DNA of 64,000 bases from Dicyema japonicum. Lineage: Eukaryota > Animalia > Dicyemida. The translations under genes and the position numbers were made by a program. The stretch lies in NCBI GenBank assembly GCA_011109175.1, contig RDEW01000021.1:11080-75079 (forward strand), written 5' to 3'. Every line of letters begins with the position of its first letter. Position 1 is the stretch's first letter. Of this stretch, positions 50,149 through 63,109 are shown piece after piece. The notes beneath the pieces were generated by a model, which saw only the letters and a list, made by a program, of their open reading frames with translations, ran no database searches and was not told the origin of the DNA.

Positions 50149-51720
50149 TTAGGTCGACGAAAGGTTCACTTCTGATAGCTCATGATGCAAGTAAGCCAAG
50201 GCATTTGAAGATTCCATCACGTGGATTCCGTTCATAGCTCTGATTTTAATTACTTGCAAATCATTAATGAGATTTATAAACATTGTCCTCGCCTGGAATC
50301 TGCTGTAGTTTGACTGCAGATACAAAGATAGGAGATATGTGTAGTGTTCCTGTGTTTTTACTACGAGACTCTAAAGGTTAGTCTCCCCCTAACCACGTTG
50401 TTCAAGTCCTCTCTTTCTGGCGAAAATATGGCGATCAAAATAATCAGCTGTAGAGTCTTGAGGTCCCCAGCTGAATGCTCGGTCAACTCCTTAGTAGCAT
50501 TACACTGCTGGATTAGCTGCTCTATTCCATAGATCGACTCCTCGTGGTAGAAAATGGGGGGAATTGTTGATTCATTTTCATTAACCTCGTGGACATCCGA
50601 CACAATGCTCATTCTGATAGTCAAAAGTACGATTATTGACGACTAAATAAACGGAAACCCTTACTTTTAGTAAAGTTAGTCTGTCCTCCTGACACAAATT
50701 CCGGTACTCTTCGAAATGTCCTATGAAGTGTGCAAATTGGCGAGTTTTTGTGGATACATTGTCCGTATTAGTGAAGACCCTACCATTGCTTTTTGACAAA
50801 AAACCTGAAAAAGATATAATTGATGTTTTCTATCATCTGGTTGGCTTCCTCTGAGAGGCACATTTTGGGGGTTGTGTCGAATATACCTCCATTATTCGAA
50901 ATGGCTGGGAGTTGAGGAGAAAATTTAATGATTAAGTGACTTGCAAAGTCCTCTGATGACTTGAGATAGTCCCCTTCGAATTCTTCAGTAAACACGAAAT
51001 CATAGAATCCACTGTCTTTGTGTATTTTCGCCACGGGATAGCAATGAGAATAAACGGGTAATCCAGTTGGGGGATGAAAGTAGGCAGAAGACATGTCCAA
51101 AGAGAAGCTTCCCTTATGCATTTGGGGAGGAACTCCTGTTGGAAATGAATGATGTCTTTGAATGGCGGATATCATTGAATGATTGTTAGGAATGTGGTAA
51201 ATTTGGTCGTTGACCTTTCCGTAGTTATAAATGTAGGAAGGTGGAGTTCTTTCGAATCTACTAACTCGAGGACTGAAAATATTAGATCCGCCCTGAGAGC
51301 TCTCGTCGTTCTTTTCCCGTGAGGTTTTTCGTTTGTGCTCGATTTTTACGCGTCTTTTCTGCAGCTGATCTTCAGCTACGAACATTAGAGAATAAATATT
51401 ACTGAGAATCCACTGTTTCTTCATCCCCACGTTTATGCATTTGTTCAGTCGACAAGCTGGACAGAACTTCCGAGTAAATGGAGTGAGAGCACATTCCCCC
51501 GTGAAGGCACAACGCATATTCTCAAATAAGACATCAATTACCTTCTTTCTGAGAGCGTTTCTTCTGAAAAATGCCTTGCAAGACTCGCACGTGACTGCAT
51601 TGAAGTTATATCCAAGCGCCTTATCCCCACAAATTGCACAGATGTACTGAAAGTGATGTCCCTTTGGTTTACTTCTGCGCTTGTGGTGTTCCGTTTTTTC
51701 GTTAAGTGAAATCCCCTAAA
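50149..51720 (-). CDS. Nuclear receptor, NR1J (HR96/DAF-12/NHR-8)-like; 5' end not resolved
   Basis: CAICGDKALGYNFNAVTCESCKAFFRRNA (P-box CESCKA); second finger CAFTGEC..RKFCPACRLNKC..VGMKKQWIL; LBD motifs EDRLTLLK and IAIFSPER; introns 51521-51541, 51376-51402 and others. Confidence 0.9.
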
Positions 51721-54700
51721 ATATTAAGTTTGGTAGCCAAGTAACTAATGCGATTGTTTGCGGTAACTCAACCAAAAAACTAACATCGACAAAACAGCAG
51801 GAGTACCTAACTTAAAGACTGCACATAAAATATGCCGGAGAATTGTGGTTCAATCAGTAAATTGTCAGATCCTTATCTAACCACGTTTAATCTAACATGA
51901 ATACGAATGATCGATCATGTAAAACAGCCATCGGTTGTGTTCGTGATAAAAGCATGCAAATATATTGGGAGTGAATGTAGTAAAGGTTACCTCAAACTCC
52001 GACGAATCAATCGGATCCTCTCTTATCATTTTGCTGGAATTCATTTCATTGGTTTTTCCAGACGACCTACATTAATAAGCGATAAGAAAATATCAACAAA
52101 ATATTCTAAAGCAGCAAAGAACATGAAATGGTCGATATATAATTAGCGAGTTGCCTAATAACGAGGGAAATGATCGTAAAAAATAAAATAATAAAACAAG
52201 AATGAGCATGCAAACAGAAAATATGACAAATGTTAATTTTCTGATAAATGGGACCATTAAAAGTCTACAGATAAAGACACGTGCATTAAACCAGTAAACA
52301 GCCTACAACTCCCAAATAGCAGCGCGAGTACAATTCTATATAATTCCCGAGGTCTCGCACAAAATCCATATTCGCTTTTTGTGCCAATAAAAAAGCAATG
52401 AATAATAAGTATTGTGTGACAAATATTGACAAATCCATTAAATATATTGACTCTGCCAAAATTCGCAGAAAATACAAAACTTACTTAAATATTGTCCCCC
52501 CGAAACTTTGCGCTTTTATATTCCTATCGACCGCCACCTGTCACGCTAGCATTCACTTTGATTTTTTAAATTACAAATCATGACACTTCGCTTAATGAGG
52601 TAAAAAACGAGTAAGCAAATCTCCCCAAATTACTCAGCCTCGCCAAAGTAACCCCGAGTTGGTAATCAAAACAAAACTGATAGGACTTGGCATGTGAAGG
52701 GTGTATCTTATCGCCAAATGAACTCTTATTCTTACGCAAAAAAGTGGAAGTACAAAATGTAAGCAGTAATTGTCGGGAGTTTAATTTCAAAGTAAAAATA
52801 GGCAAACTGAGTTTTCAGTAAATATTTATATTCGCGGTTTTACAGCTCCCTTGCAAATTGATTGAGTCTGTGACCCGACATAATTTATACTTTTGATCGA
52901 CATTCATATTTTTTGTGATAAAGCGTATCATATTCACTTTAATAGTACCAACGTGCACTTTTGTGGATTATTTCTTTACAAATGACCTCACATTCACAAT
53001 TGTTATGCCACAGATTCGGTTTTGAAAATTTACTCGACCTTCGGTATTTTGCCATCTCAAATAATTTTATTCACTGAATATTCAGTCATATTTATTTACT
53101 GTCATGTCTCCTAGTAACTCTCGAATAGCTATTCTTCTAAACAATTCGTTTATAAAATTAAAGTCAACTCAAAATATTTACTCAAATTTGTTAAATCCGT
53201 CAGAATTTGTTGATGGAAAACAAATCATTCTGCGGTAATAAGACTGGCGATTTGATGTCTGGAAAGTGCATGATATTATATTTGTGGTTGCTTCTTTACG
53301 CAGTTACAAATGACCTTTTCAAGTTTCACAAAGAAAATTAGATTTTGTTGGTTCTTAAGGGAGTACCATTATGAGTAATTTATGGTGGTAGGGGGAACTA
53401 ACACGACGATTCTTGCCTTTCCCACACGACTGAAGGGGTGGAAGTTCTTCATTTTCGCTGGTTCTGGGTATACTTTTGTGGTTCTAGAAGTCTTCCTTTT
53501 CCGTGACCGTGGAGTCGGAGATAATTATTTGAATGTTTAAATAAAAAATAATAAAAATGAGTTTTAAAAAATCATTATATTCCTCGTTAATGACGCTGAA
53601 ATAGAAATCAAGGCTTCCTTAGGGCCGTGAATCTGTAAGGATTCATAAATAACAGCTATTCGGGCGACATCAGCATATTTCATGAAAGATGTTTTTGTGG
53701 AAGACTATTATGTTGTCAAAGTTGATTAGTTTTAAATGTTGTTTATTTAAATAGGATTTAGTTAAAATGGGGGGTACTAACTGATTTCGTTTTCAGTCGA
53801 TCCCCTGAGATGTTTGGAACCTCGGCCATAGTACAACGATTTGCAGAAACATGAAGGATTAAGTACAGAACGCTATAATGACACTCCAAGAACGTGAGGG
53901 GGTTAACTCTTGCAAGAGGGTGACTCAATCCGCTCTGAGTGTCTGCATATTGAAAAGTCGAATAACATTGCCATCACTGATCTCAATATGAAAGGATTAT
54001 GTGTATTATTTGACTTGGAATTCTTAAAATTATAGTAAAGTCACGATATCCGCCAACGAAGATAACGTTGGAGTAGTTTTCTGTCTTTCAAAATTCCAAA
54101 TGCATCCCTTAAACCACAAATGGAACTCATTATAAGCGGACTCGAAGTCACTTGAAACTGTCATTTACATTATCTGTCCTTCGATTGGTGGCCTACACGT
54201 GATACTGGAATGAGATAATAATTACTAGAGACATTTGCATTGTTGACTTTAGCATCCTCTTGTCAATAAGGTTTGCTTTTTTCGATTTTGTTCCTTTAAA
54301 TTGGAAAACTCGATTAAACTGGATAATTGGCGATTTTAACGATATTTTGAATTGAGTGAGTGATCAAAGAATACAGAAAATCAGTTATTAGAGTACTTTT
54401 CTATTATGGATTTTTCAAAATGTCTCCAACTATGCTGCACGAGTCGATTCCCTTTAACTACTTGCCCAAAGGTTTTTTCACTGCCTATGTTCCTCCTTTT
54501 TTCTCGTTCTATTAGAGTGGCATCGTGTCATTCAGCTGTCTCAGCATATTCTCAGTGCCAATGTGACATGACCATTATCTCTACTTTATTCCATTGAAGG
54601 GGTCACTACAGCTGCAAGGACTGGACGTTTTCTTCCCTTTCACTGGTTGAGTGTGATATTGGAGGGTCTCTGTTTCTCTGACTGTGAGAACTGGGTAAAT

Positions 54701-55608
54701 TAACCGGAATCACATAATTAGTTAATTTAACACCTTTTTGATGCTCTTTGGGGATTAGCAATAATTAAGGTTGGAACACTATTAATTGGATATTAATGGT
54801 TTTCCCACCAACTGACAAATTTATCCAACTTCCACTCAACATTTTTAATAAAGTTATTGAGACTCCAGACTCACTAAGGAATGATTCTTTAGTGAGGATA
54901 TTTTTATTTTTTGTAAAAAATAATCAATGTGAGCCAATTATAGCTCCCAAAGCAGAAGTTTTCAAGCTCTGTCTGGATTACCCCCTTTCGAGGGCTTTGT
55001 CAGAGCAAAATGGCCGGACAGTTTATCTCACGTGAGCATACACAGAGTGCTTGAGATCCCGGGAGGAACACCGAACGAAGATGAGATGTTTATTGGGAGA
55101 AGCGGGGATCACACAATGATCGTGTCTTTCTTTAAAGTGATTCTTGGTTCTCTAACACACAAATTATGCATTCTAAAAGTATTGTTAGTTCTTCCAATTT
55201 TTTGGGGGGACCAGATTCTAACAGTAAGTCCTTCAACACAAAATAAGTGTAAACTAGCAATAATATCAGCTTCAACACCGGAGCATTGGTTTAGTCGATG
55301 CTTCCTTGTTCAATACATCGAGTCTCCAAAGTCTCAGATTAAGTAAAACGAGGGCTTTCATCCACTATGGAGCACGCCACCTCCCTAGACAAATGGTCTT
55401 GTTAGACACTAGTCTTAAAAAATTGTAATTCAGAGTAATAAACATTTGTTAGTAAAATGAGTAATTATCATCAAGTGACCTCAGTTCTATGAATCTATCT
55501 CACGACGTCATAAATTTTAAAATCTATTCCAAATCAAATACGCAAATTTGTAAAAATTTGAGTGACGACATGAAACAATATAAAATGGACACCATGATCT
55601 CGTAGAAA

Positions 55609-56043
55609 ATGGAATCCACTGAAACTACCAAAAAGTGAACAAATTTAATAATTCGAGATCTTATAGTCCCAAAATATACAGGCAGTCCTCATTCGAGGAA
55701 TACAGCGAGATAACTAAGAATATTGAGAGGCAAAATAGCGGGGAAAGTGTTGCCTTTATAACCAAATTGATTGAGGAATCCGAGGAGGTTAGAAATATTA
55801 ATAGTTAAGGACGTTGAGAGGAGCAAGAATGTCATAAAGAAGGATTTGATGACAGAATACTCACGTAAGGGACATTGGAGGCATTCCGTTTATTCCTGCA
55901 ATATTTGCAACACAATTTTCAGCTCACTGGCGATCTGCATTCTCCACATAACAGAGCATTGCAAGGACAATACATTTCCTGATGAAGTCTCGAATTTGCC
56001 GGATATTATCATTAAAATTAATGATAATTTTAATTTAGAATGA
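55609..56043 (+). CDS. Small protein with one C2H2 zinc finger (129 aa model)
   Basis: Two introns (23 and 22 nt) give an open frame ending YSCNICNTIFSSLAICILHITEH..; further upstream exons are possible. Confidence 0.65.
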
Positions 56044-56105
56044 TTAATTTAATTAATCTTAAATAAAATTATTTAAATTTTAATTCTTGTGCGCACGTTA
56101 ACGAG

Positions 56106-56945
56106 ATGACTTCAAAGGTCACTCAAGAAGAGCTAAGGCGATTAATGAAAAAGTCCAAACCGCAGCACATAATTTCCTCTCCTTATATTAAGTAGATCCT
56201 TTAGCTACATTTCACAGATACAATTCATTCGGAAAAATGACATGTTTGGTTTGTAATTGTCAAATAAAAAGCGACATTATCTGGGGAGTGCATTCTAAAA
56301 CAGAAGAACACTTAAAAGTAATCCTTCACTTGCATTATTCTAGAAAGTCTCCTTGTTTTTGTCCTCTTCGGGAAATAACAATAATAATACTACTTCTATA
56401 AACTCCCAAAATGAGCATGAAAACGCTCAGAAACGGTCTCGTGAAAAAACTGAGGATTTTCCTGACCCAAAAATGCAGAAATTTAACGAAGAAATGTAAA
56501 TTATTGATTCGTGATTATCTAGGGTGGTTGAAGGCGGGAGTTCCGAGCCGATCATCCTCCAGGAAGTACCCAAGGACTTTTTCGACAGTGGTTTCCAAGT
56601 GGAAGTCAAGACGAAGAAGAAATCGAATATTGATGAGGAAATACGGAAATTTGACGAAGAGATGAGACGGGCCCCGATGACTACTGAGGAGACCTTCGAA
56701 CCCCCAACGGTTGGACGTACCCTCGAAGAGATTGACTACGAAATGTAGAATGGGAGCCGTATTTTAGGGATGAATGGCAAAAGTGCGAGGAATTGAGGAT
56801 TAGACAGGAGAAGGCTTTTGCTGAGCACATGGAGGAGGACGGGGAGGATGTTGGGAGATGTAATAGTCATTGGCGTGACTTCAACTCAACTGATAGTGAT
56901 GATGTATTGGATTGCTTTCTTAAGTCAAACCCGTTTTTTAAATAA
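56106..56945 (+). CDS. ZNF830: Zinc finger protein 830 (CCDC16) homologue, 245 aa
   Basis: VTQEELRRLMK, KYN..GKMTCLVCNCQIKSDIIW..H....H, PKDFFD, EEID; introns 56192-56217, 56318-56343, 56496-56522, 56745-56767 keep the frame. Confidence 0.85.
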
Positions 56946-57339
56946 TTTGTGTGTGTTTTTGGTGATATTAATGTACACGTGGTTGTCTGAGTCAGTTGGC
57001 TCAGAGATTTTTGATATTTTAAACGTTATCTTCGTGTTCGATTCCCTCCAATAGACTCTTGGGCCAAGGGTTTCTCGTTATTCGTCTTAATTTTCTCATT
57101 ATAGTGGCGTAGTTTGGTCCACTTGTATACCATTTGCTCTCTTTCACTTCATTGGATCATTCCTTGGAAGGGTCCCTCACTGTGCTGGTGGATGTTCTTT
57201 TCCTGCAGCCGTGAGAACTGGATATAATTGATTGTTTTTTATTGTCCAATTTTGTATTCGGGGTGAGGGGTTGATGAGTAACTTGGCACTGAGAGGATTC
57301 AAAGATATGGAGAAAGCAAATTATTATTAAAACCAAAAA

Positions 57340-57680
57340 TCACCGACAAATTGAATAACTACATAGCCCTCAGGTGATTCCGGCCGCCATCTCATTCTTG
57401 CTCGGTGTTCCTCCCGGGTTCCAACGCATTTCCGGATTGGGCGGGAGTTTCTAACTTTTTTAGGGGGTAATAAGGCTCTGGTTTTCCTCACTAATTCCTC
57501 AAATAGTGTAAGGCTTAGAGGTGTCTGGGAAAACTTTTGCAGAGCCTTACTGGCCTTTTTTTTGAATGTATTGATTTTTTAAATATTCGCGTTTGATAGT
57601 TTGGTTCCCCATGCAGCGCACCCGTAAGTTAGAGACGGTTGATTATACCGAACGTAGAGCGAGTCCAAATTTGAGTTGAA
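57340..57680 (-). mobile_element. LINE 3' fragment (GGGATCAC-end family)
   Basis: YVRYNQPSLTYGCAAWGT, KCVG..GEHRARM, ends ggaatcacctga. Confidence 0.75.
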
Positions 57681-57752
57681 AATGTTTTATTATATTTATT
57701 ATTTTATTATAATTAATTTTAAATTAAAAAATATTTTATATCACGTGCTTTC

Positions 57753-58802
57753 ATGTCGTCTCTTGTGGAGAGGTTTTTTTCGTTTGTAAGTTTTATTAGA
57801 AAACCTGCTTCTCGTCGTGGAAAAAGAATTCTCGAAAAGAAAGAACCTCAAATATTCGAGAACCCAAAACGTTCCCTTATAATAAAAGGAAAAACTTGCA
57901 AACAGAATACATGGCAAGTCCTGCGAGACATCGTAAATATTGTACTAAAACATAGTCTCGACTCAAAAAACCCCTTGTGGTACCCTACAATCACAAAAAT
58001 GACCTCCTTCCCTTTGAGGACATCAACAAGCTAGTTTTCTTGCGTTTTACTCCAAGGAATACTTTTCTAAGAAAGAAGACTGTTCTCTCTTCGCATTTGC
58101 CTCGGATTCTAAGAAACGTCCGAACAATGTGGTTTTCGGTACCATGGTTTCTTATCCAAGGTTCTTTCCACGATCACCATCTCCTGGATATGTTTGAATT
58201 CGGGATATCAGCTTTCCGTGGACTGGATGAGATCAGGGGACAGACTATAGATGTCGGGTGTAAGCCTATTCTGGTTTTTTCGGGCCAAGAATTCGATTCT
58301 GACGTGATTTTCCGTCGTTTGAGGATATTTTTCATGGGTTAATGGTGTTCTTACTCATAGATTTTTTTCGTGGAGAACTTGCCTCGGAGGTATCCCTCGA
58401 TAACTTTCAGCATGTCATCTTCTTTAGTCAGCACGGTGATTCCGTGTCCCTGAGAAATTACAAGTTAAGATTTTTTATGATTTTCAGGATCTCCTTGAAA
58501 GTATCTGGGTCTGAGGTCCCCGACGTTGTTTTGAGTGAACTGGGGCCGGCCGTGGATTTCTGTAAGCGCCGAGTACACCTGGCCGAGGATGAGCTGTTTA
58601 ATAGTACAGTGAAAAAACCGAAGGAAGCGAAGGTTTAGTGGGTGGTGATTTGTAGGTAAAGAAGGTGAAAAATCTATCGAAGGATGTGTTTGGGACAAAG
58701 CTCGGAAGGATTCATATGGAGAGACAGGACTACTCCAAGTTGAATTACAAGAAGCCCAAAGCTCTCAAAAAACGATTTGGGAAAGATAAGATTGATTTGT
58801 AG
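57753..58802 (+). CDS. RPF2: Ribosome production factor 2 (Brix domain), 294 aa
   Basis: Seven introns (57773-99, 57933-55, 58034-56, 58139-60, 58338-60, 58464-87, 58633-55) give LKKP, PFED, DCSLFAFASDSKKRPNN, LDMFE, KPILVFSG, DFFRG, ELGP, LSKDVFGTKLGRIHM. Confidence 0.95.
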
Positions 58803-59712
58803 TTTTAAATATTAATTTTGTTTTTCTTTTAATTGATTTTATATTTGTTTATTTGCCACGTGTTTGATTGGTCATAATTTGAGGTGGTTACCTCTATTAC
58901 AAAGAATTTCTACTTCGCTTTTCTTGTCCTTCCCGTGAATGTGGATGATGTGGTGGAGTCAGGAGACATCAGAAATTTTAAGTTCTGAACAAAAAAAGGA
59001 AGTGTCCGTGTATGTATTTGACTTATCGTCCAGCCCACAATTGAAAGAGCTTGGGATATTGATCATATGTTAAAAGATGGTAGACAATACGATCACATTT
59101 GTAACTCAAATCGAATGGAGGCATTGGAGCTGAACAGTCAACCGCACTACCAATCATCATTTGATGCCTCGAGGTTTAAGTCATAACAGGCTGGAAACTA
59201 AACACTCTAATCTCTTCGTGCTTAACGATGGATGGAGTATTATTTTAGGTTTCAGACTAAATCCTTCGAATTACCAGATTCTGCTTAGTTGAATTTCTTA
59301 TTGGAATTCGAGTGTCACTGACACCAATTAACTATAACAGGGGTAATTACCATAATTTAAGATATTTGCTTACCCCAGTCTCAACTGAGGTATCAACTGT
59401 ACTATTCAGTAGAAATTATTCTTGCGAAATGATGCACGTGCCTATTAGGCCCTTCACCAGCTAACATGCCCGTGTCTAATAACTCCTAGTGATGGAATCC
59501 AGTTAAGACAGTGTGTCAACCTAACTGAGTTACAAATAATTATGGTAGTTTTATTCACTTAAGAAATGTAAGTTATTTTCTAACGATCAATATTTTTTAT
59601 TTTTTCCTAAATGTTAGCTAAATCGTTACATGTTCACTAGTAAAGGTGTTGAGCAGCAGATTACATCTTATTGGCTTTATTGACTGAATGTGCGACAAAT
59701 AATTTAGTTTTT

Positions 59713-62021
59713 TCATGTTATCCCCCACGTGTGACAACTATTATGTACATACTTGGGTACATTAACTGTCCTCGTTGACCGTGTGCTTTGACTTTTGACT
59801 GATATGGTCGACTTTGATTTATTCAATTTCTTGTATTCCTGGCTGAGATCAGTTTGGGACTTTTCCAAGATCCCACAGTTGAATGAGTGACTGACGGGAT
59901 AAGTCGTATGGGCGAGTATTTCGTCCTCATACTAGAAAAGTCATCACTAATATCGAACCCTCACATTCGACCCAGACACGTGGGTCAGATTACGCAAAAT
60001 ATTTGAGTTGGCTGACTGAATATAATGCATTCTGTGTGACCGTATTTGTGAATATGGTCGGTGATATTCGGGTTCTGGGGAATCTTTAACCTCCTCGTGG
60101 GTTACTCTGGGGATCTTTTCTTCCTGGTCGTATCTCAGTTCTACTGATTCGAAGGATAGAAGAGCTACGACATGTCTCGTGCACACAATTATGCTAAAGT
60201 AGCAATTTACCATTAAACTTATCCTCGGAGGTAAAAAACTGTCTTATCGGCTCACATTTGGCGGTGGCTCTGATCACTTTAATACATTCTCCCTTGAAGA
60301 GGTCCCAAATCCGTATTTTTCCGTCGTTGCAGGCTGTGATGACTCGCATATAAACGAGGGCAACATCCATCACAGCACTAAAGTGAGTCAATCAAGTACG
60401 CAGGGTGGGAGAGCTTGCTGATCTCGTTCAAATTATAGTCCGACCTACCCCAACATTTAACAGTAGAGTCCTTTGATGACGTAATCAGGAACCACTTTGT
60501 AGCGAAAATGGATGTGATCTCCCTGTCGTGAGCCTTATATACCTGAAATGGTCACTGACTGCTGTACCCGCTTAAGTTTAAAGTCTTTGAGGGAATAAAC
60601 CTTCATGACCCCAGTTTTGTCCCCAGAAGCCAAAAAGTCCATAAAAAATGAAATCTTCATGACTGGTTGGGACTGAGAAAATGTGTGGATGCACTTCCCC
60701 GTTCTTATATCCCAAACTAATTTAGAATTCCTTGAATACCTTTGCACGTGCAGTCGGAAGATGCCGAAAAGATCAGTTCCTTGTTGCCTTTAATGTCATT
60801 TACAGTTTTAATGTGGCCTATGAATATTTTGGCACACTTTTTTTGGTTGATATTCCATTTCCTACGAGTAACCCCCATGAAGCGCCTTATGGTCGTGTCG
60901 TAGCTGGCAGAATAGATTGAGTTTGAACCGACCACGAGAGCTCGAATAGAACCCACGTGGCCTTTCAAATTGATTATAGTCTTTTCGTACGTTTCGTTGA
61001 ACCTGACTGCTTGGATGGAATTCTGTTTACCAGTGATGGCCACTAATCTTTCGTTTTTGCTGACCCCCGTGACATATCGTCCACGGCTGTTCTAAAGTAA
61101 GCCATTTTGTAACCATTTGAAGAGGGGGATGAAGTTATAAGGCTGAAAATACACATTTCTGACCTCCATTTCAACTTCCACTCTGCTGCTCCGTCTGGAG
61201 GAATCAGCTGGAACCTGCACTTTCAGGAAACTCGCATAATTTTTGTTGTAGACATCTCCTGGGAGGAACTGATAATTAAAGGGGTTAAAACGTGGCAAAT
61301 GATGTATTTCTGGTGATCCTTCATGGCTCGGAAGTTATCGAAATATTCCGTAATCTTCTGATTCCAAAGTCGGGATACCATGGCCGCGGTAGTGAGACTT
61401 TGTTTGTCCAACAGTCTGAATAAATACTGGATCATATTATTTGGGAGTTTCCCCACAATGTCGAACTTCCCCCTTTATTTGTGCAACTTATGGCAAACCT
61501 GGTTTCCTGGTCGCTAGGATCTACGTATAAAATTATTGGGTACCTCCCATTGGCAGTCTTCGTTTTCTGAGGAGAGAAGTCAGCTGGGTGAGGACGCTCA
61601 AAATGTGGTAGGATTTGACTTTTTGGAGGATTTTAATGACAAATTTGATTTGAAGGAAACTCTGAAGAGACTCAAACCACAAGAAAAGGTCATCAATGAA
61701 TTTTTTGATTAAATTGAAGGGGACTGCTCTATCCGCACTAGTAGGGGGAGTGTCACAGAGTTGGTGGAAGTTGTGCTGGCTTATAGAGTAGACATAGTCA
61801 CGTGACAATATAAGATCTAGAATTTGATAGAGTTTCTCCAATGAGTTGTAGTTTCTGATTTTATTGATGAGTCCATAGAGGAGCTGTTTTTTGGTCTTTA
61901 CCCCAATTTGGTCGAACCAAGTCATGCTTTGTAGTCGTTCGATCAAACAAACATCAGTAAAATTTTGCTCAAAGATCGGCAAACTCTGAGACCGATCATA
62001 TTCTAAGCGATATCGCTTCAT
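59713..62021 (-). CDS. F-box/WD40 protein, FBXW10/CDRT1-like; 3' end uncertain
   Basis: N-terminal SADRA..WF region; F-box LPNNMIQYLFRLLDKQSLTTAAMVSRLW; WD repeats GHVGSIR..SASYDTTI, GHIKTV..SASSDCT, ACNDGKIRIWD; micro-introns throughout. Confidence 0.8.
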
Positions 62022-62459
62022 TTTCAATATTTCTCGTAGATTTACTATTTAATCGGTTTCTTGGATTGATTATTGTTTATTTCATTGACTTTGTGGTTTT
62101 CAATGAATTTGGTTTCTAAGCAATCGTCGTCTTAAAATTTTATGCCAACTAAGGGTTGTCCACCCACGTGACTCTACCAGTCTATTCGAACCAGATATGA
62201 ACTCCTAGTCAGGTGGGTTATTCTATAACGGTTTATAGTCAAGAGTTTTCTCCGATATGGCTGAAGTCCTCCTTTTTGTAGGTAACTCACCCTTATTCTC
62301 TTAGTTAAATATTATGCTAATGAAATAAAAGATTATCGATTTATTTTTGATAGTTCCATAGTAGTGTTACAGTACATAGATCATCTTTAAGTATCTAGGG
62401 AATCAGTGGGAGTAGGTTAATCCACTTTGGGACGTGACGGGAAGAATTTGGTAGTCGGT

Positions 62460-62935
62460 ATACGCTTTCTTGTTGGAACGTGGGGTGGGTCCCTACGCCA
62501 TTCTGCATCAACTCTGCCTGTTTTCTGTTAAACTTAAGGCTTTTATTTCCGTAGGCGTAGTGATTCCGAGTGGATTATATTATTACCCTGTTGAGAAAGC
62601 CACGTGTGAATTCAATCCACTAGAGAAAAGTCCGATGATATCTAGCAAATAGATTCTCTCGATGCTGAAACCAACGGATATCGTTTTAGTCGTGATTAGC
62701 CTTGGATTCGATATCTATACAGCTACCAACCTGGTCGAGGTATTCAGTTGACCCACCATTCTCAAGAGACACTCAATCCCCGTCCAGCATCCAAAAAGGA
62801 TCTATCTCGTCCCTATTACAGTGGAGGGGTTCCCACAACGGTAGATGTGTATGCATGTAATAGTTAAGGATGTGTCCCATTCAGACAGTGGAAATTGGAT
62901 ATACCATAATTATGCGTTTACTCTTAGTGGATGAA
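62460..62935 (+). CDS. Possible unknown micro-intron gene
   Basis: GC-richer blocks separated by 23-28 nt GT-AG segments; no unique frame or recognisable domain. Confidence 0.3.
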
Positions 62936-63109
62936 GGCTATTAAAGGGATCTTTTAGTAATTAATATAATGATTAAATGTCGTACACCTGACTCACTGCA
63001 CGTGCGTGAAACAATTAATTTTAACAAAAGTAATTGATTTTTATAATTATAAATAGCACATAAACTCCAAATAAAAAAGTAATAGGATAAAATAATAATA
63101 CCAGGCCCA

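Noticed and set aside
44310-58802. Alternative nuclear genetic code to explain fragmented ORFs
   Set aside because: Micro-introns restore full frames under the standard code, and TAA, TAG and TGA all end genes here.
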